Of a stretch of 64,000 bases of DNA, positions 36,909 through 51,458 are shown piece by piece. The notes beneath the pieces were generated by a model that ran no database searches, was not told the origin of the DNA, and saw nothing but the letters and a program-made list of their open reading frames with translations. The DNA comes from Octopus sinensis (taxonomy: Eukaryota): assembly GCF_006345805.1 (NCBI RefSeq), contig NC_043005.1, positions 105,648,001-105,712,000 of the forward strand. The letters are read 5' to 3'. How positions within the stretch are numbered: position 1 is the stretch's first letter; each line of letters begins with the position of its first letter. A program made the position numbers and the translations under genes.

Positions 36909-37200
36909 GGAGGCGCAATGGCCTAGTGGTTAGGGCAGCGGACTCGCGGTCGTATGATCGCGGTTTCGATTCCCAGACCGGGTGTTGTGAGTGTTTATTG
37001 AGCGAAAACACCTAAAAGCTCCACGATGCTCCGGCAGGGGGTGGTGGTGATCCCTGCTGTACTCTTTCACCACTCTTTCTTCTGTTGGCCTACTCGCTTA
37101 GCCAGCGGGGTGGCGTCATTCGAAGGCTAAAAACAATGCGAACGCATTGTGACCAGCGATGTGTAACTACATTTGATGGACTGGTCGGTCACGTGATATA
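36909..37200 (+). mobile_element. tRNA-derived SINE, family C
   Basis: A box TGGCCTAGTGG and B box GGTTTCGATTCC followed by a non-tRNA body; no acceptor stem. Confidence 0.8.
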
Positions 37201-38147
37201 ATGATGTGATATAAATATGTACATGCATAATGTAATAATACGTACAAACACATATGCAGTTATACGAAGAAATCCATACGTTCATGTACGCATAGTGTAG
37301 GTTAACTCTGATCACAGCATAGGTAAGACTTGTGATTGAAGGTCTTCCATCTCCCACTAAACCATTTACTGCATTTTTCCGAATTTAAAATAGTTGTGGT
37401 TTGGGGGTAGATTTGGTTTGTATTTCTAGCCAGTCGTGAGACCACGTAGCGGCTCCTCTCGTTGGTAAATAATGCATCTAACTGGTCAATATATACCGTG
37501 AGACATATTGTCTTTGAACGAGCATTTAGAATTGTATATATACACATATATACCCATATCCAATCCCTTATCTGTCTTTCTGTCTGTCTATCTCTGTCTG
37601 TCTCTCTCTTACACACACACAACACACACACACACACACACACATACACACACATATTTACATGTATAATATACATAAATATATTTACATATATGTGTGT
37701 GTGTATGTGTGTGTGTGTGTAAATGTATGTGTGTATTATAGTAAAGCACTCCTTGTATATTTGTATGTATGTGTATAGTGCATTCACACACATAAAGTTG
37801 AATACGTTTCTATTGTCATATTCGTGCATCTAGCATTTAGACTTAGTTTGGAACAATAGCTTCTCTATGTCCGTTAGCATTTCAGCAATTTACCCTCATG
37901 TTCTAACTGAAATCGTGGCAGTGGAGCGTTGTTACCACGTTTTGATGTGAGCTGCGAGGAATTATGGAATAAAAATCATCAACTCTGTATTTAAAATTGT
38001 TTAACCTTCTATTCCTGGTCACATTCATATTTTATTTCTGTATGAGTGCCATATTTGAGAGCTGGTTTATAGTTTGTATGTTATTAACGAAGCTTTCTCA
38101 ATTAATCTCCTATAGAATGTCATATTAATTAATATTCTCCCAACTTA

Positions 38148-38550
38148 ACGCGATGAGCTGGCAGAAACGTTAGCACGCCGGGCGAAATGCTTAGCGGTAT
38201 TTCGTCCGCCGCTACGTTCTGAGTTCAAATTCCGCCGAGGTCGACTTTGCCTTTCATCCCTTCAGAGTCGATAAATTAAGTACCAGTTACGCACTGGGGT
38301 CGATGTAATCGACTTAATCCGTTTGTCTGTCCTTGTGTGTCCCCTCTATGTTTAGCCCCTTGTGGGCAATAAAGAAATAAGAATCGTTAGCACACTGGGC
38401 AAAAAGCTTAGCGGCATCTCACCTGTTCTTCACCTTCCGAGTTCAACTTCCACCGGGGTTGCCTTTGGCTTTCATCTCTTCAGGGTCGAGGAAATAAGTA
38501 CTAGTTGATCACTAGGGTCGACGTAATCGGATTTCCCTCCTACTGGCCTT
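38148..38550 (+). mobile_element. Two tandem SINE family A copies (one young, one diverged)
   Basis: Full consensus at 38148-38380, then a diverged copy starting GAATCGTTAGCACACTGGGC. Confidence 0.9.
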
Positions 38551-38976
38551 GTGTCAACGACATTGCATAGTCAACTGACAATGTCCTTGACAATGCATAG
38601 TCAACTGACGAGAAAATCTGGTAAACGTTCAACAATTAACAATTTATATATTTACATAGAAATTTGTGTATGACATTGGTTGCCTTAACGACGTTCCTTG
38701 GTTTGTAGTTTCATTAAGTTCTTAATTTTGGCGTTTTTGTAATATATTCTTAGTTTGTAATTAGATGTGATACACGTTGTGTTCTGCTTTTATGAGTTTC
38801 TTTTTTAAATGGCGGACTCATCCATTGTAGAACTAAGATGCAGGATCTAGGTTAATAAATTATAGTATGCGTGATTCATGTGTTTTGGTTGGATGATGTA
38901 CATGTTCGATCTGTACCCATAAAATCGTTCTAGTATTGTCCAGCAGCCTGTTCTACTAACGTGTTCAAGTAAAAAT

Positions 38977-39009
<33 letters not shown>

Positions 39010-39020
39010 TGATATACATA

Positions 39021-39420
39021 GGCGCAGGAGTGGCTGTGTGGTAAGTAGCTTGCTTACCAACCACATGGTTCTGGGTTCAGTCCCACTGCGTAGCACCTTG
39101 GGCAGATGTCTTCTATTATAGCCTCGGGCCGATCAATGCCTTGTGAGTGGATTTGGTTGACAGAAACTGAAGCCCGTTGTATATAGGTATATATATATGT
39201 GTGTATGTGTGTGTGTCTGTGTTTGTCCCCTCCCCCCAACATTGCTTGACAACCGATGCTGGTGTGTTTACGTCCCCGTCACCTAGCGGTTCGGCAAAGA
39301 GACAGATAGAATAAGTACTAGACTTACAAAGAATAAGTCCCGGGGTCTAGTTGCTCGACTAAAGGCGGTGCTCCAGCATGGCTGCAGTCAAATGACTGAA
39401 ACAAGTAAAAGAGTAAAAGA
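39021..39420 (+). mobile_element. tRNA-derived SINE family B (CORE-like), with internal (TA)n(TG)n; extra 3' half at 39905-40110
   Basis: GGCGCAGGAGTGGCTGTGTGG head, GGTTCAGTCCC B box, CACCTTGGGCA core, conserved 3' part ending GACTGAAACAAGTAAAAGA. Confidence 0.9.
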
Positions 39421-39490
39421 GTATACATGTATGAATGAGTTTACTTATATATGAATTATACACAGACACACACATATACATGGGTATATT

Positions 39491-39530
<40 letters not shown>

Positions 39531-40754
39531 TGAATATATATAAATTATACACACACTCACACATATACACATGCGCGCGCACACACATATACATACTTAC
39601 ATACATGCATACATACATATATAATAAGAGAAAAGAATATGGACATAATTTGGTTATCCTTTAATCCAGTTGTTACGTAGGTTTCAGTATTCGGCGACAA
39701 ATGGCATCACACTACAGAATCAACCAATGGCTGCAGCTTATAGGGCAAGAATGAGCGAACACATCGTCTGATAATCGATAACGATACACACACACACACG
39801 TGTACATATACACACACACACACACATGTACATATATACACACAAGCACGCACACACACACACACTTACATACATGCATACATACATATATAATATGTGT
39901 GTATGTGTGTGTGTTTGTGTGTCTGCGTTTGTCCCCCTCCCCCCAACATTGCTTGACAACCGATGCTGGTGTGTTTACGTCCCCGTAATCTAGCGGTTCG
40001 GCAAAAGAGACAGATAGAATAAGTACTAGACTTACAAATAAGTCCCGGGGTCGATTTGCTCGACTAAAGGCGGTGCTCCAGCATGGCCACAGTCAAATGA
40101 CTGAAACAAGTAGTTAAGTGATGTAGTTAAGTTTCAAATTTTATTTGGCAGATTCACCAGAATGCCGGATAAAATCCATTGCGGTGTTTGTTCTGGCTCT
40201 CAGAGTTCTGATTTCAAAACTCATTGATCTCAACTTTACCTTTTTGCTTTCGAACCGGAAGGGACCATTCAAGTGCTAACGGTCGGTTCTTGCCCTCTAT
40301 CTCTCCTTCCTTCAGAATCGACTAAGTTGTGCTCTTAGAAGCACAGCACTGCATGTGATAACTCAGTTTCCCTTCTCTGGCAGTGACCGAGAGGCTAATA
40401 ACCTTTTCCCCAATAAAACTAATATGCGAAAGATAACACCCAACACGAATCATAATTAAAGAATGATTATGTTTAGGAATAAACTTCTTTTCAGCACCAG
40501 CCCTGTACAATACTGCAAATATGAACCGAAGTTAAGAACATGGTCACTCCATCCTGCCGGGTATAAATTTTACCTTTTAGGAAGAGGAACGGAACTTTGG
40601 TCATGCAGTGCAATAAAACCTTTCCAGAAATATTTCTTGGCCTATTAGGTTCCATTATCATTCTCTTCGTTTAGAAGACGCGGCTGAAAAGGTATTGAAA
40701 TATTAATGGTTTTAGAAACGCCATTGTCCCAAATTAAGCATTGAAAACACTAAG

Positions 40755-41190
<436 letters not shown>

Positions 41191-41885
41191 ACGCACGCAC
41201 ACACATAAATTTAAGAAAAAGATTAAACGTGAACACAATGGTATTATTATTGGATGTGAGTGTGTGTGTGTACATACATACGTAGATACGTACGTATGTT
41301 TATACATATATGCATACACTAATACAAATATATAAGTATACATATGCGCAGCTCCCATACACACGCGCGCACACACACACGTATGTATACGTGTATATAC
41401 ACATTTAGGAGCAGATCAATCCAGTGTATCGATCTATCCAGTTTCCCAGGTGAAAATTCACTTTAAACTTGCACATGCTCTATAGATTTTGGTTTTATTT
41501 AGGCTTTAATGATAAATGACAATAATAAACAACAATAAAAAGAAAAAAGAATGAAATATGAAAAACCCACCACCACCACCACCACCACCACCACCACCAC
41601 CAATCCCAATACAACAACAACAACAACAGCTGTATCAACAACAATAGAATAAAAGGCAAGATCAACTTTAACAGTAATGGCAGCAACCACTGCTATCGCC
41701 ACCGCCACCGCTGCAGCCAGTACCCGCCACCACCACCTCCACCACCAACACCACCATCACCACCACCACCAGAACAACAACAACAACCACAAGAATAAAA
41801 ACAACCATAATGACAAAAATGAGAGCAACAACTATATAGTGTGTCATCATTATCATCCTCCCATTGCTCCTCCTCCTCCTCCTCC

Positions 41886-41922
<37 letters not shown>

Positions 41923-42149
41923 TAGTAGTAACATCAGCAGCAGCAGCAGCACCAGTAGCAGTTAGTAGTAGGAGTAGAGGGGATGATAGTTGTGGTTGTT
42001 GTTATAGTAGAGGTGGTGTTGGTGATAAGAATAGTTGTAGTACTAGCGGTGGCGATTAGTTATAGTGGTGGGGAAAGTAGATGTAGTAGTATGGGTGGTG
42101 GTGGTGGTGTTAGTGATTGTGCTGGTGGAGCTAATTGTAGTAACAGTAC

Positions 42150-42180
<31 letters not shown>

Positions 42181-42752
42181 TGTACTAGTCGTAGTAAAAC
42201 TAGTTGTAGTAGTGGTGGTGGTGGTGGTGGTGGTTGTGCTAGTAGTCGTAGTAAAACTAGTAGCAGTAGTAGTAGTGGCAGCAGCAGCAAAAGAATAACC
42301 TCATCAACAACAGTCACCTGCCACAACATGAACACCAAAATCAACCGCTGGAGTCTTCGGTCACACGGTTTCCTCGTTTGCTCGTTCTACCAGAAATGGT
42401 GTAAAGTGGAACCAAGCGGAGGAGGGGAAAAAACCTATCTCCTTGTACCCCCCCCCCCACCGCCCGATCACACTAACTCTTCTTTTACCAATGCCATCTA
42501 TTTTTAATTAATCTTAATTTAAACTTCGGAGATTATTTCCCACTACGTTTGTTAGTCATTAACATAATAATCCGTTCTTCTCACATTAATGTAATTTTTA
42601 ATTAATTTAAATATTTTCCTTTCTAATATCAATTTCGTTAGTAGTAACTCCATGAGCGTTATCCTCTCAGGGACAGTTGGTATCGTATACACTGAGCATG
42701 CATCACAGAGAGAACCAGTGGCAATGGCGACTCGTGCATAGGCACAGAGGAA

Positions 42753-43295
42753 CGCGAATTTTTTTTCCTACTATAGTTCCGGACCCCAGTAATGACCTCA
42801 TTTCTATACAGCCAATCAGATCTCACCATTACCTTGTCAAATTAACAAACATACTCTACCAAATAAACTCAAGACGAAGAACGCTGTTGTAAGTCGTCTA
42901 ATCGCCAAATTATGCCTGATTTTAGAAGGAGACAAGTAATTGGATAGATTTGCATCTATACCTGTTATCGGATTTTGGTAGGGTCCCATAAGGTAAAGAT
43001 GTAGTGGAGAAAATGTGGGTAGAGTGTGATGTGCTGGCAACCCTCTCCCCTTACTGTTTTACAAAGTAAACAACAACACAAATAACTACACAGAGGCAGC
43101 CATGGTTAAAACAAGAACAAGAACAACAAGCATTATCAAAAGAGAAAAGAACCATGGTCATTCCTTACCCAAGTGACCTTATCTTATCGCCCATCACTTA
43201 CGCGCTCATAAGTTAGTTTGGTAGTTGAGCTTTGATTGGCTGTATGCAAATGAGTTCATAACTGGAGTCCGGAACTCTCGTGGGAAAAATTTCGT
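42753..43295. mobile_element. Octamer/CCAAT MITE, copy 2
   Basis: TIR halves GTTCCGGACCCCAGTAATGACCTCATTT and AAATGAGTTCATAACTGGAGTCCGGAAC; flanks CAGAGGAA/CTGCGGAA suggest an about 8-bp TSD. Confidence 0.85.
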
Positions 43296-43959
43296 CTGCG
43301 GAACTACAGTACCCCTATTTCCGCTCGATGAGACCTTTTTTCTATAATTCTTTCTTTATACTCGTACATTATATAATATTTAAGCTTAATGTCAGTAGCC
43401 ATAAATGTAAAGAATACAAAAAAATCCTTGAATAGAATTGTGCTCTCCACATTTCCAGCGACGCGGTGTTTGGCTGCTGTACGCATGCTCACATGTCCCA
43501 GATATGAAGCTACTTCCTAGGGAGAGACAGCACTGTCATTCCCGCAGTGCCTACTCTTGTGTGCTGGTGAAATGTAGTGTTTCTTTTTGATTTCGCGTGT
43601 ATTGTGTTTAAAAACGTGTTTGTATTTTTGAATGTGATAAAGTGTAGAATTAGACTTCTATCCTGCTTCCAGCTACAGTGTTGCTGCCAGGATTTGAAAA
43701 ATAGGCTAGACCACCCCCACACCACCACCACCTTATTTTGTGATTTAGGTTTTTTAAAAAAAAACAAGGGGGAATTCGCGGTGGTGTTCAGTGAACCTAT
43801 TAAAAACACTACCCGGCAGTGACTAAAACGCGAACCGATCAAGTTTATCTATAAATTTTCTTTTTATATGTTTGTTTCCTTTTACACCATATCAAAACAA
43901 TGGCTAAAATTTTCTGAGAACCATTCTATTAGAGACGATTGATTGCTCCATCATAGAGC

Positions 43960-45130
43960 CAAAGCTTCAAGTTTTTGATTACTAGCATGCGATCAGCAAT
44001 GTAAACTGCGAAAGTTTTAAGCATGTTTGTCAAGTAATGATCTCCTTGAAAGTAACCAAGAATGGCAAATGTTCATGAGTGGGACAACAACGGTTCAGTT
44101 TGCTGAACAGTTAAGAAATGTGCTCGTTACAATTCATGTCCACTCTCCGTCTGAGTATCTAAATTTATACATGCAACACGACATTCTAGTTGAAGATTTT
44201 ATACATTGCAAATGAGAAACAATAACTACTGATATGAAGCAGGGACGAGCTTTAATGATATGATGAGGACAGTAGATGATCAATTGATTCAATATAAGCG
44301 TTCAAAAGTTTATTATGGTTTTGCTAGCTGCAGCCTATCAGCAACAGAATGAGCCCGTTAATTTAGATAAAATTCGTCGTTCAGTTGAAGATGATTATAT
44401 CCATCCATCTATCCGTTCAGTCGAAGTTGACTCTCGGTTACTCGAAGGATCAGTGTTCACCAGCCAGTTCTATCCTGGGTTGCTTCTTTCAGACTGGCTA
44501 TGGCCATTCCCGTGTCACTCTTGATGGTGTCAAGCCAGCGAGTTCTTGGTCGGCCTCTTCCTCTCTTGCCACTGACCTTTCCGAGCATGATGTCCTTCTC
44601 CAGGGATTTTCTCCACATAATATGACCAAAATATGCCAGTCTAGGCTTGGTGATCCTAGCTTCTAGCGACAGTTTCGGCTTGATCTCCATTGGTGAGCCT
44701 CGCTGTCCATGGAATCCGTAAAAGTCTTCCCCAACACCAAAGCTCGATTATAATGATCACATAAATATGCTCAATAACGAATACAGGATTGTTTGGAGTA
44801 AAAAATGTTTAAACTCCAGCAATGAAGGTCGCCTGATATTTATTGATGCTCCAGGAGGAACAGGCAAAACTTTCTTGCTAAATTTGCTATTGTCTTATGT
44901 TAAAAAAAAAAGTGGTGGGGAGGTGAGCGAATTGCATTTGCTACATTTTCATCAGCTTTTGCAGCTATGTTATTGAAACTCAAACGCGCTGCCCATTCTG
45001 GTAAAATTTACGTTAACCTGTCTTGAATATTTAAATCGCACGCTCTTCAAGATGTAACAGATAATGAGCAGCTTCTTGAAGGGAAATTTCAAGACTTCGG
45101 CAAAGAAAAATGGAACATCTTGAAAATAAC
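43960..45130 (+). pseudogene. Helitron RepHel (PIF1 helicase) relic
   Basis: LLESNQEW..QLRNVLVTI..PSE..LY; LNNEYRIV..LIFIDAPGGTGKTFLLNLLL (Walker A); AAMLL..AAHS; LNRTLQD. Confidence 0.85.
44399..44745 (-). mobile_element. RTE/BovB-like LINE 3' end inserted into the Helitron
   Basis: SLEARITKPRLAYFGHIM..SLEKDIMLGKVSGKRGRGRPRTRWLD; (GGAT)n tail; GATTAT TSD at 44393-44398 and 44746-44751. Confidence 0.9.
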
Positions 45131-45789
45131 TGAGTATGAGACAGCTCAGTTCAAAATATAAACAATAAACCATAAAACACATTTTCATTTTTCAATGTGA
45201 AACAAAACTGACAGTAAGGTGGGAAGTAATGTTGATTTTCGTATACTTTCTCTTTATTTATATTTGTAAAGTTCGCCCCTACGTTTTTTAACCTTTGATC
45301 AGATCCTCTCTGTGACACAATGAACAGTTCGAAATGTTATTTCCGATCTCATAAACCACGTCGATTATCATTTTAGCAAATTTAAAGTGATTTCTTTTGT
45401 GTCGTAAACTATTTACCATTTCTGTGGCGCACCCACGCTTCTTTGGATACCCTAAGCACGTGCTTAATGGTTAACCCATCGCTGTGACGCTGGGAAAGTA
45501 ATAATGATTCCAGCGGATTTCTCTCCGACCGTCTGGTACCAATTTATTGTTTACTTTAAAAAAAGATTTTCATTTTCTACAAAACCTGCTTTTATTATGT
45601 AAATAAGTAAGAGTCAAGGACAAAGTTTGAAGAGGTGCAGGATGAATCTTTTGGCTCCATTGTTCTCACACAGACAATAATTATATTAATAGAGGTGGGC
45701 GATCCGACAGTCATGTGAATATTCATAGATCAAAGAAAAATCAGACCTTCGACTAGAAATTTTTGTTTATGGAGAAGTTACCTAAATAA

Positions 45790-46165
45790 ATGAAAATATT
45801 CTTTTCTACTCTAGGCACAAGGCTCGAAATTTTGGGGGAGCGGGCCAGTCGATTAGATCGACCCCAGTACGCTACTGGTACTTAATTGATCGACCCCGAA
45901 AGGGAAAGTCGACCTCGGCGGAATTTGAACTCAGATAAAGACAGACGAAATACCTATTTCTTTACTACCCACAAGGGGCTAAACACAGAGGGGACAAACA
46001 AGGACAGACAAACGGATTAAGTTGATTACATCGACCCCAGTGCGTAACTGATACTTATTTAATCGACCCCGAAAGGATGAAAGGCAAAGTCGACCTCGGC
46101 GGAATTTGAACTCAGAACGTAACGGCAGACGAAATACGGCTACGCATTTCGCCCGGCATGCTAAA
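45790..46165 (-). mobile_element. Two tandem SINE family A copies
   Basis: Revcomp consensus occurs twice. Confidence 0.88.
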
Positions 46166-46217
46166 GTTTCCTCCAGCTCGCTGCCTTTATAAATGAAAAT
46201 ATCATAGAATATATATA

Positions 46218-46377
46218 GGCGCAGGAGTGGCTGTGTGGTAAGTAGCTTGTTTACCAAGGTACTTACTTCCAGGTTCAGTCCCACAGCGTGGCACCTTGGG
46301 CAAGTGTCTTCTACTATAAGCCTTGTGAGTGGATTTGGTAGACGGAAACTGGAAGAAGCCCGTCGTATATATGTATA

Positions 46378-46409
<32 letters not shown>

Positions 46410-46625
46410 GCGTGTGTGTGTTTGTGTGTCTGTGTTTGTCCCCCTAGCATTGCTTGACAACCGATGCTGGTGTGTTTATGTTCCCGTTACTTAGCGGTTC
46501 GGCAAAAGAGACCGATAGAATAAGTACTGGGCTTACAAAAGAATAAGTCCCGGGGTCGAGTTGCTCGATTAAAGGCGGTGCTCCAGCATGGCCGCAGTCA
46601 AATGACTGAAACAAGTAAAAGAAAA
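46218..46625 (+). mobile_element. SINE family B (CORE-like)
   Basis: Homologous to 39021-39420. Confidence 0.9.
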
Positions 46626-49339
46626 AAAAAAGAAAGAATTGAGCTTATAGAATATGAAATTAATTATGTTTTAAATAAACACCTTTAATGAAACGGTATT
46701 AAAAGATTACTTATTTAGCCATTGCTGTGAAATAACACCGAAATTTCAATAATTTATCCAAATATAGAAGCCTAATTAAACATTTATTTTGCAAAGACCC
46801 TTCGTATTTAAACTGAATATACATAATAGTAAAGATAGCACTCGCAATACATAAACAATTTAAATTTATAATTTTGATATTTTGCCATCGGCAAAATGAC
46901 GGTAGCGAACTAATAATTATAGCTTCATTTAAACTGGATCTTGAAAACTAATGCAATTACATTAATAATCTTCCATAATTAGTATACTTCACTTTCATCT
47001 AAAAAACGACACTACATTTGTCAGTCTGACACGCACGCGCTTGTAACGCGCACGCACACGCACACACATACCCACATACACACACGCAGAGTGGAAAGCA
47101 ACTTGTGTTTGAGTACGCCCATTTCTTGGTCAGTTGTAGATTGTTTAGTTGTTACCATGGAAACCATCAAAGAGAAGACAACCGTCTTCCTCGAGGCTGC
47201 TGGTCAGCTTCAGAATTTGGCGTGCTAACTCTGGAAAAAGCTGTTGTAAGGTGCCGCCGAATCTCGCCACCACCATAGTTTGAAAACGTAGCACCCAATA
47301 TCCCAAGCCAGCTACTTGCCGGTTTCAAATTACACCTAGCAGCTCAAGCCTGTATATTCCACTTCTTCCCATCGCTTCAGCACCTTTTTTTTTTCTTGGT
47401 CAGAGTGTATTTTCCAAGAAGTTCCTGTGGGAACATTATTATGAATAAAGCGTGTGCAGCACGGCACTCACTTTTTAGACTGTACTGTTTTCCTTACAAT
47501 GACCCACTATTAACCGGAACGATCCTCAGGGTTTTTTACATCATAATATCCATCTCCTAGAAAGATGTTCTCAAAAGAAATAAGGGCCTATTTCTCCCAG
47601 GTGAGCTTGAATCCCTGTTGTTCATCATCACGAATATTTTTACATCCCCACGCTATTGCTAATCTGTCTGAACCTACGCTGGGTTCATCTATCCTTCTGA
47701 CATTGTTGTATTTAGTTCTACTGCGTTTTCTAACAATCCTTCTTACCAGACAAGGTTGGTAGGGGAACCGGTTTAGTGGGTGGCTGATGACCCAGCCTTG
47801 CAGCAGGTTAAACTGCACTACACGTTTCCAAAGCACTTGTGAGCGACCCACATCTCTCTCTCACATACACATACATACATATATTGATGCATACATTCAT
47901 ACACGTGTATGTGCAGATGCACATGTATATATGTATGTCTGTCGTTATTATGTATTTATGTATGTATTCACTTCACTAATGTGTGGGGTGTTCAGTTTAT
48001 AGCTCAATGTTTTCATGCAGAACTCTGGCCACCAAAAGCCTCTTAAATTCTGGAGTTATTAGACATCCGTTATGATTTTGCCCCAAGGCATTTAACTCCG
48101 AAAATGACACTGTAAATAATATTTATTTTTGTTGTTTATCCATTGAGTTAACATCAGCTCTGATCAAACTAACCTATGGGAAATACTTTCCAGCCGTGAC
48201 CATTATATATGTTTGTTTGTTTTAAATTTCTAGACTACCTTACCTAATATGACTTTCAGTATTTTAGATAGCAGTGTGCGATTTGACCAAGATTTGGCTG
48301 CTACTTCCACTAGTATCATGCACCATGCAGAGATTTCTCGTCAGCTCCAACTCTAAGTACGTATACAATAAGGCAATATAGATCATCGCCCTGCACTGCC
48401 AAAATTATCGGACTTTCAACAATTTGAAATCGAAATTTGTTTTCTATTTTAAAGTAATAGCATTCTAATCTACACTTGTAATCCTTCCCCAAAGCTCATA
48501 TTTTCTATTAGGGAAGCTGTGTCATTTACATGTCACTCCAGCAGGACCGCGGTTTAGTACTGGGTTTCATGGTGACACGAACTGTTGATCTCAATAGTAG
48601 TTTCCAGGGCGTTGTCCAACTATGAACTCTGGCTTGCAACAAGGTTAATATATAAATTGAATGTAAAGTTATGTTTAGAAATAAATTTTTAAAATCTCCA
48701 ACAATTGTTTGTTTGATCGAAAATATTTTTTTCCTTTTCTCTTTCTTTGTGTTGGCTTCTTGATAAATTAATTCATTGTTAACTTTGAAAATATAAATCA
48801 ATTTTAGCATTAAACAGCAAACAGATCGAAATTATTTTTACATTACAGAAAATTTCTTTCATTCCTTTGTTGAAAACAGTCAACCCTTAACTCTGGCTTG
48901 CTTTATTGCCGCAGGGCTTTCTTCATTCGTATTCGTTAAGACCAGGAAATATTTTTGTTGGTGCTCTGAATAAATCTAATGGAAGCCTCAGAAATTTGTT
49001 ACAGTTAACAAAAGGAATTTTGTTGTTGTCTTTATCAAATATCATAATAATGAAGCTAGATAGAATGTGAAAGATATATACAAGTTGAGAGAAGAAGAAG
49101 AAGAAAGCGAAAAAGAATGACTAGCAATAGAAAAACAATAGAAAAACAAAGAAAAACATGTAACAAACTACTATTTAAGAATAATCCTATAATTAAATGG
49201 ATAAGGCTTAAGTTTAGATTAAAGATGGATTAAATTGATTTATATAAACACACTGTTAGAATGCTTCATTTGTTATAGAAACAACTGGAAACGGAGTTTA
49301 ATCTTAAGATTTTTTATTTCATTGTTGTTATTGTTGTTG

Positions 49340-49399
<60 letters not shown>

Positions 49400-49891
49400 T
49401 ATCAAATCGCTGGAGATTATATTTTGTATTTATTGTTTTGTTTGAAATATTGTTAAACCTCGATTTTATGTATCTAGGAGAGTTTTAAGGTTTTACTTTT
49501 GGAATTTTTTATTAATTTATTTTTGCTTGTTTGTATAATGCTTAGCTGCACTTAATTAATCTTTGCTGATTAGTGATTTATCATTGTACTGGCTGAATGG
49601 TTAGGTCACGGGTTCAAGCTATGTCAAAGGCGTTATTATTACATTCGTCACCTCCTCCAACCTCGACTATTCACCACCCACTAACAATAACCTTCTCTAG
49701 TTCCGTCTAACTTCACTGTTCTCACACATAACTGTTGTTAGTGGTTCAATAAGACTGTTGGTAAATGGCACAACTGGATCGTTTCAACCCCCCAGCTTTC
49801 TCTCCCTCCCCCCCCTCTCTCTCTCTCTCACACACACACAAACACACACACACACATCTATTTCAAAGTTGTAAAATAAGCTTTACGAATA

Positions 49892-50784
49892 ATGGCGACG
49901 AAAGACATTGAACTAGCGATACGTTTGCTCCGGTGAATGATGTGAATGATATAAATTTACAAACTCATCCAACACATGCTGGCGTCGAAAGAGAGACGTC
50001 AAAAGAGCAAACAAAAGTCAAATAAAAAGAGGATGAATTATAAATTTAATATTCATCGGTTCGTTCGGAATGTGGGACACTAGCTCATTTTTAGTAAAGG
50101 ATCACAGCGAAAACCATGAGTAAGATCAGTGATATTACTTACTACCAGGATTAAAGCTTTTATTTATCTTTGTGATTGGACAGATTGGACAGAAATGGTA
50201 GTGTCCAGATAAATCTGTCACAAAGAGATGAAGTTTTGGTGAGGAAGCAATGACAAAAAATTGCGGTTATTTAATCCCAATTCTGATCATGAAATTCTAA
50301 CATCCAGGTCATTCCAGTCGAGACAATTCCGCTAAGTTATTTCTTGCAAGTTGAGCGACCACGTAGAGGCTTCTTCGTTGATTTTATTTACTTCCTTTCC
50401 ATGGAGTTTCTGAAGAATGATATGCAACAGAGGTGAAAAGAAAGGAAGGTGAGGCGTGTTCGAATACCAGTGTAGCCCTGCTTACTATAAAGACGCAACA
50501 ACATACGCCGATAAAACTTCATTGTGAAGATGAGGCTGTGTATGTCTATATACGTTGATTTAATAGACAGATCTATGATTAAAGTTTATTGCAGCGATGA
50601 CTTTACTGCCTTACCGTCTGAAATAGTGTGTCTCAGACATGATACAAATGTAAATTTGTATGGTGTTAAGGCACGCGTTGAGAGAGATTTGCTTTCTTTT
50701 TCTAGCAGGTCAGTAGACACTTGTGTGTTTGAACTTGAGCCAGCGGTAGACGAGATGCAAAATGGATACAAGACATTGGTCTAG
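49892..50784 (+). CDS. Candidate 4-exon ORF of 136 aa (49892-49932, 50184-50238, 50308-50432, 50595-50784), product unknown
   Basis: GT-AG introns with consistent phases 2/0/2 give MATKDIELAIRLLRLDRNGSVQINLSQRDEVL...GYKTLV*. Hand-built model with no recognised homolog. Confidence 0.25.
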
Positions 50785-51412
50785 AGATTACAGTGTAATA
50801 TGGAGAAAACACATGACTCTCTGCTGGTCTGTTGTGTCCCAGGATGTAGTCTAGGTCACGATTTCCTCAATGACATGAGGGTAGAATAAAAGAGAATGTT
50901 CTGACAGAACTGTTTAAGAGGCCATTTGGTTTAGTTTGGTTCGTCTGTGGAAACAAACTGTGTTATTATCTAACTTATTGATGTGTGAACCAATATATTA
51001 CAGGAAAAGGGGAAACCTGGAAACAAGATAGTGTGTATATAAGAGAGTAGAGGGGTAAATAACATTTGGGAATCATCTGTCTGGAGCTTGTACAAGTAAA
51101 TGTACTTCATATTTTTGTTTAATAAACAACATAAGTTGTCTGCTGTTGACTAATTGTACGTTGCGTTACAAGAGACATCTGGAGGTCAGCAAGCCATAAC
51201 AACAACTACATTATCACATAACGTGGAACTGTGGACAGATACACGCACTCATTATTAACACACATACGTTTATACACTCAAACGCGTATGGGGAAAATAC
51301 ATCCCGTACATGCAATATTAAACAAAAGCCTAAATAGGATATCACTACTATCAGGACCACCGCCGCCGCCGCCGCCACCACCACCACCACCACCACCACC
51401 ACCAAATATACC

Positions 51413-51458
<46 letters not shown>

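Noticed and set aside
36909-36985. tRNA gene
   Set aside because: A and B boxes are present but there is no acceptor-stem closure, and it continues into a SINE body. The same applies to the other SINE heads.
43304-43400. Mariner start MATDIKLKYYIMYEYK
   Set aside because: Too short, with no TIR or downstream transposase, to list as a feature.
47588-47851. 87-aa minus-strand ORF and neighbouring frames as a gene or LTR/PBS
   Set aside because: No recognisable motif, no matching second LTR, and frames are interrupted.
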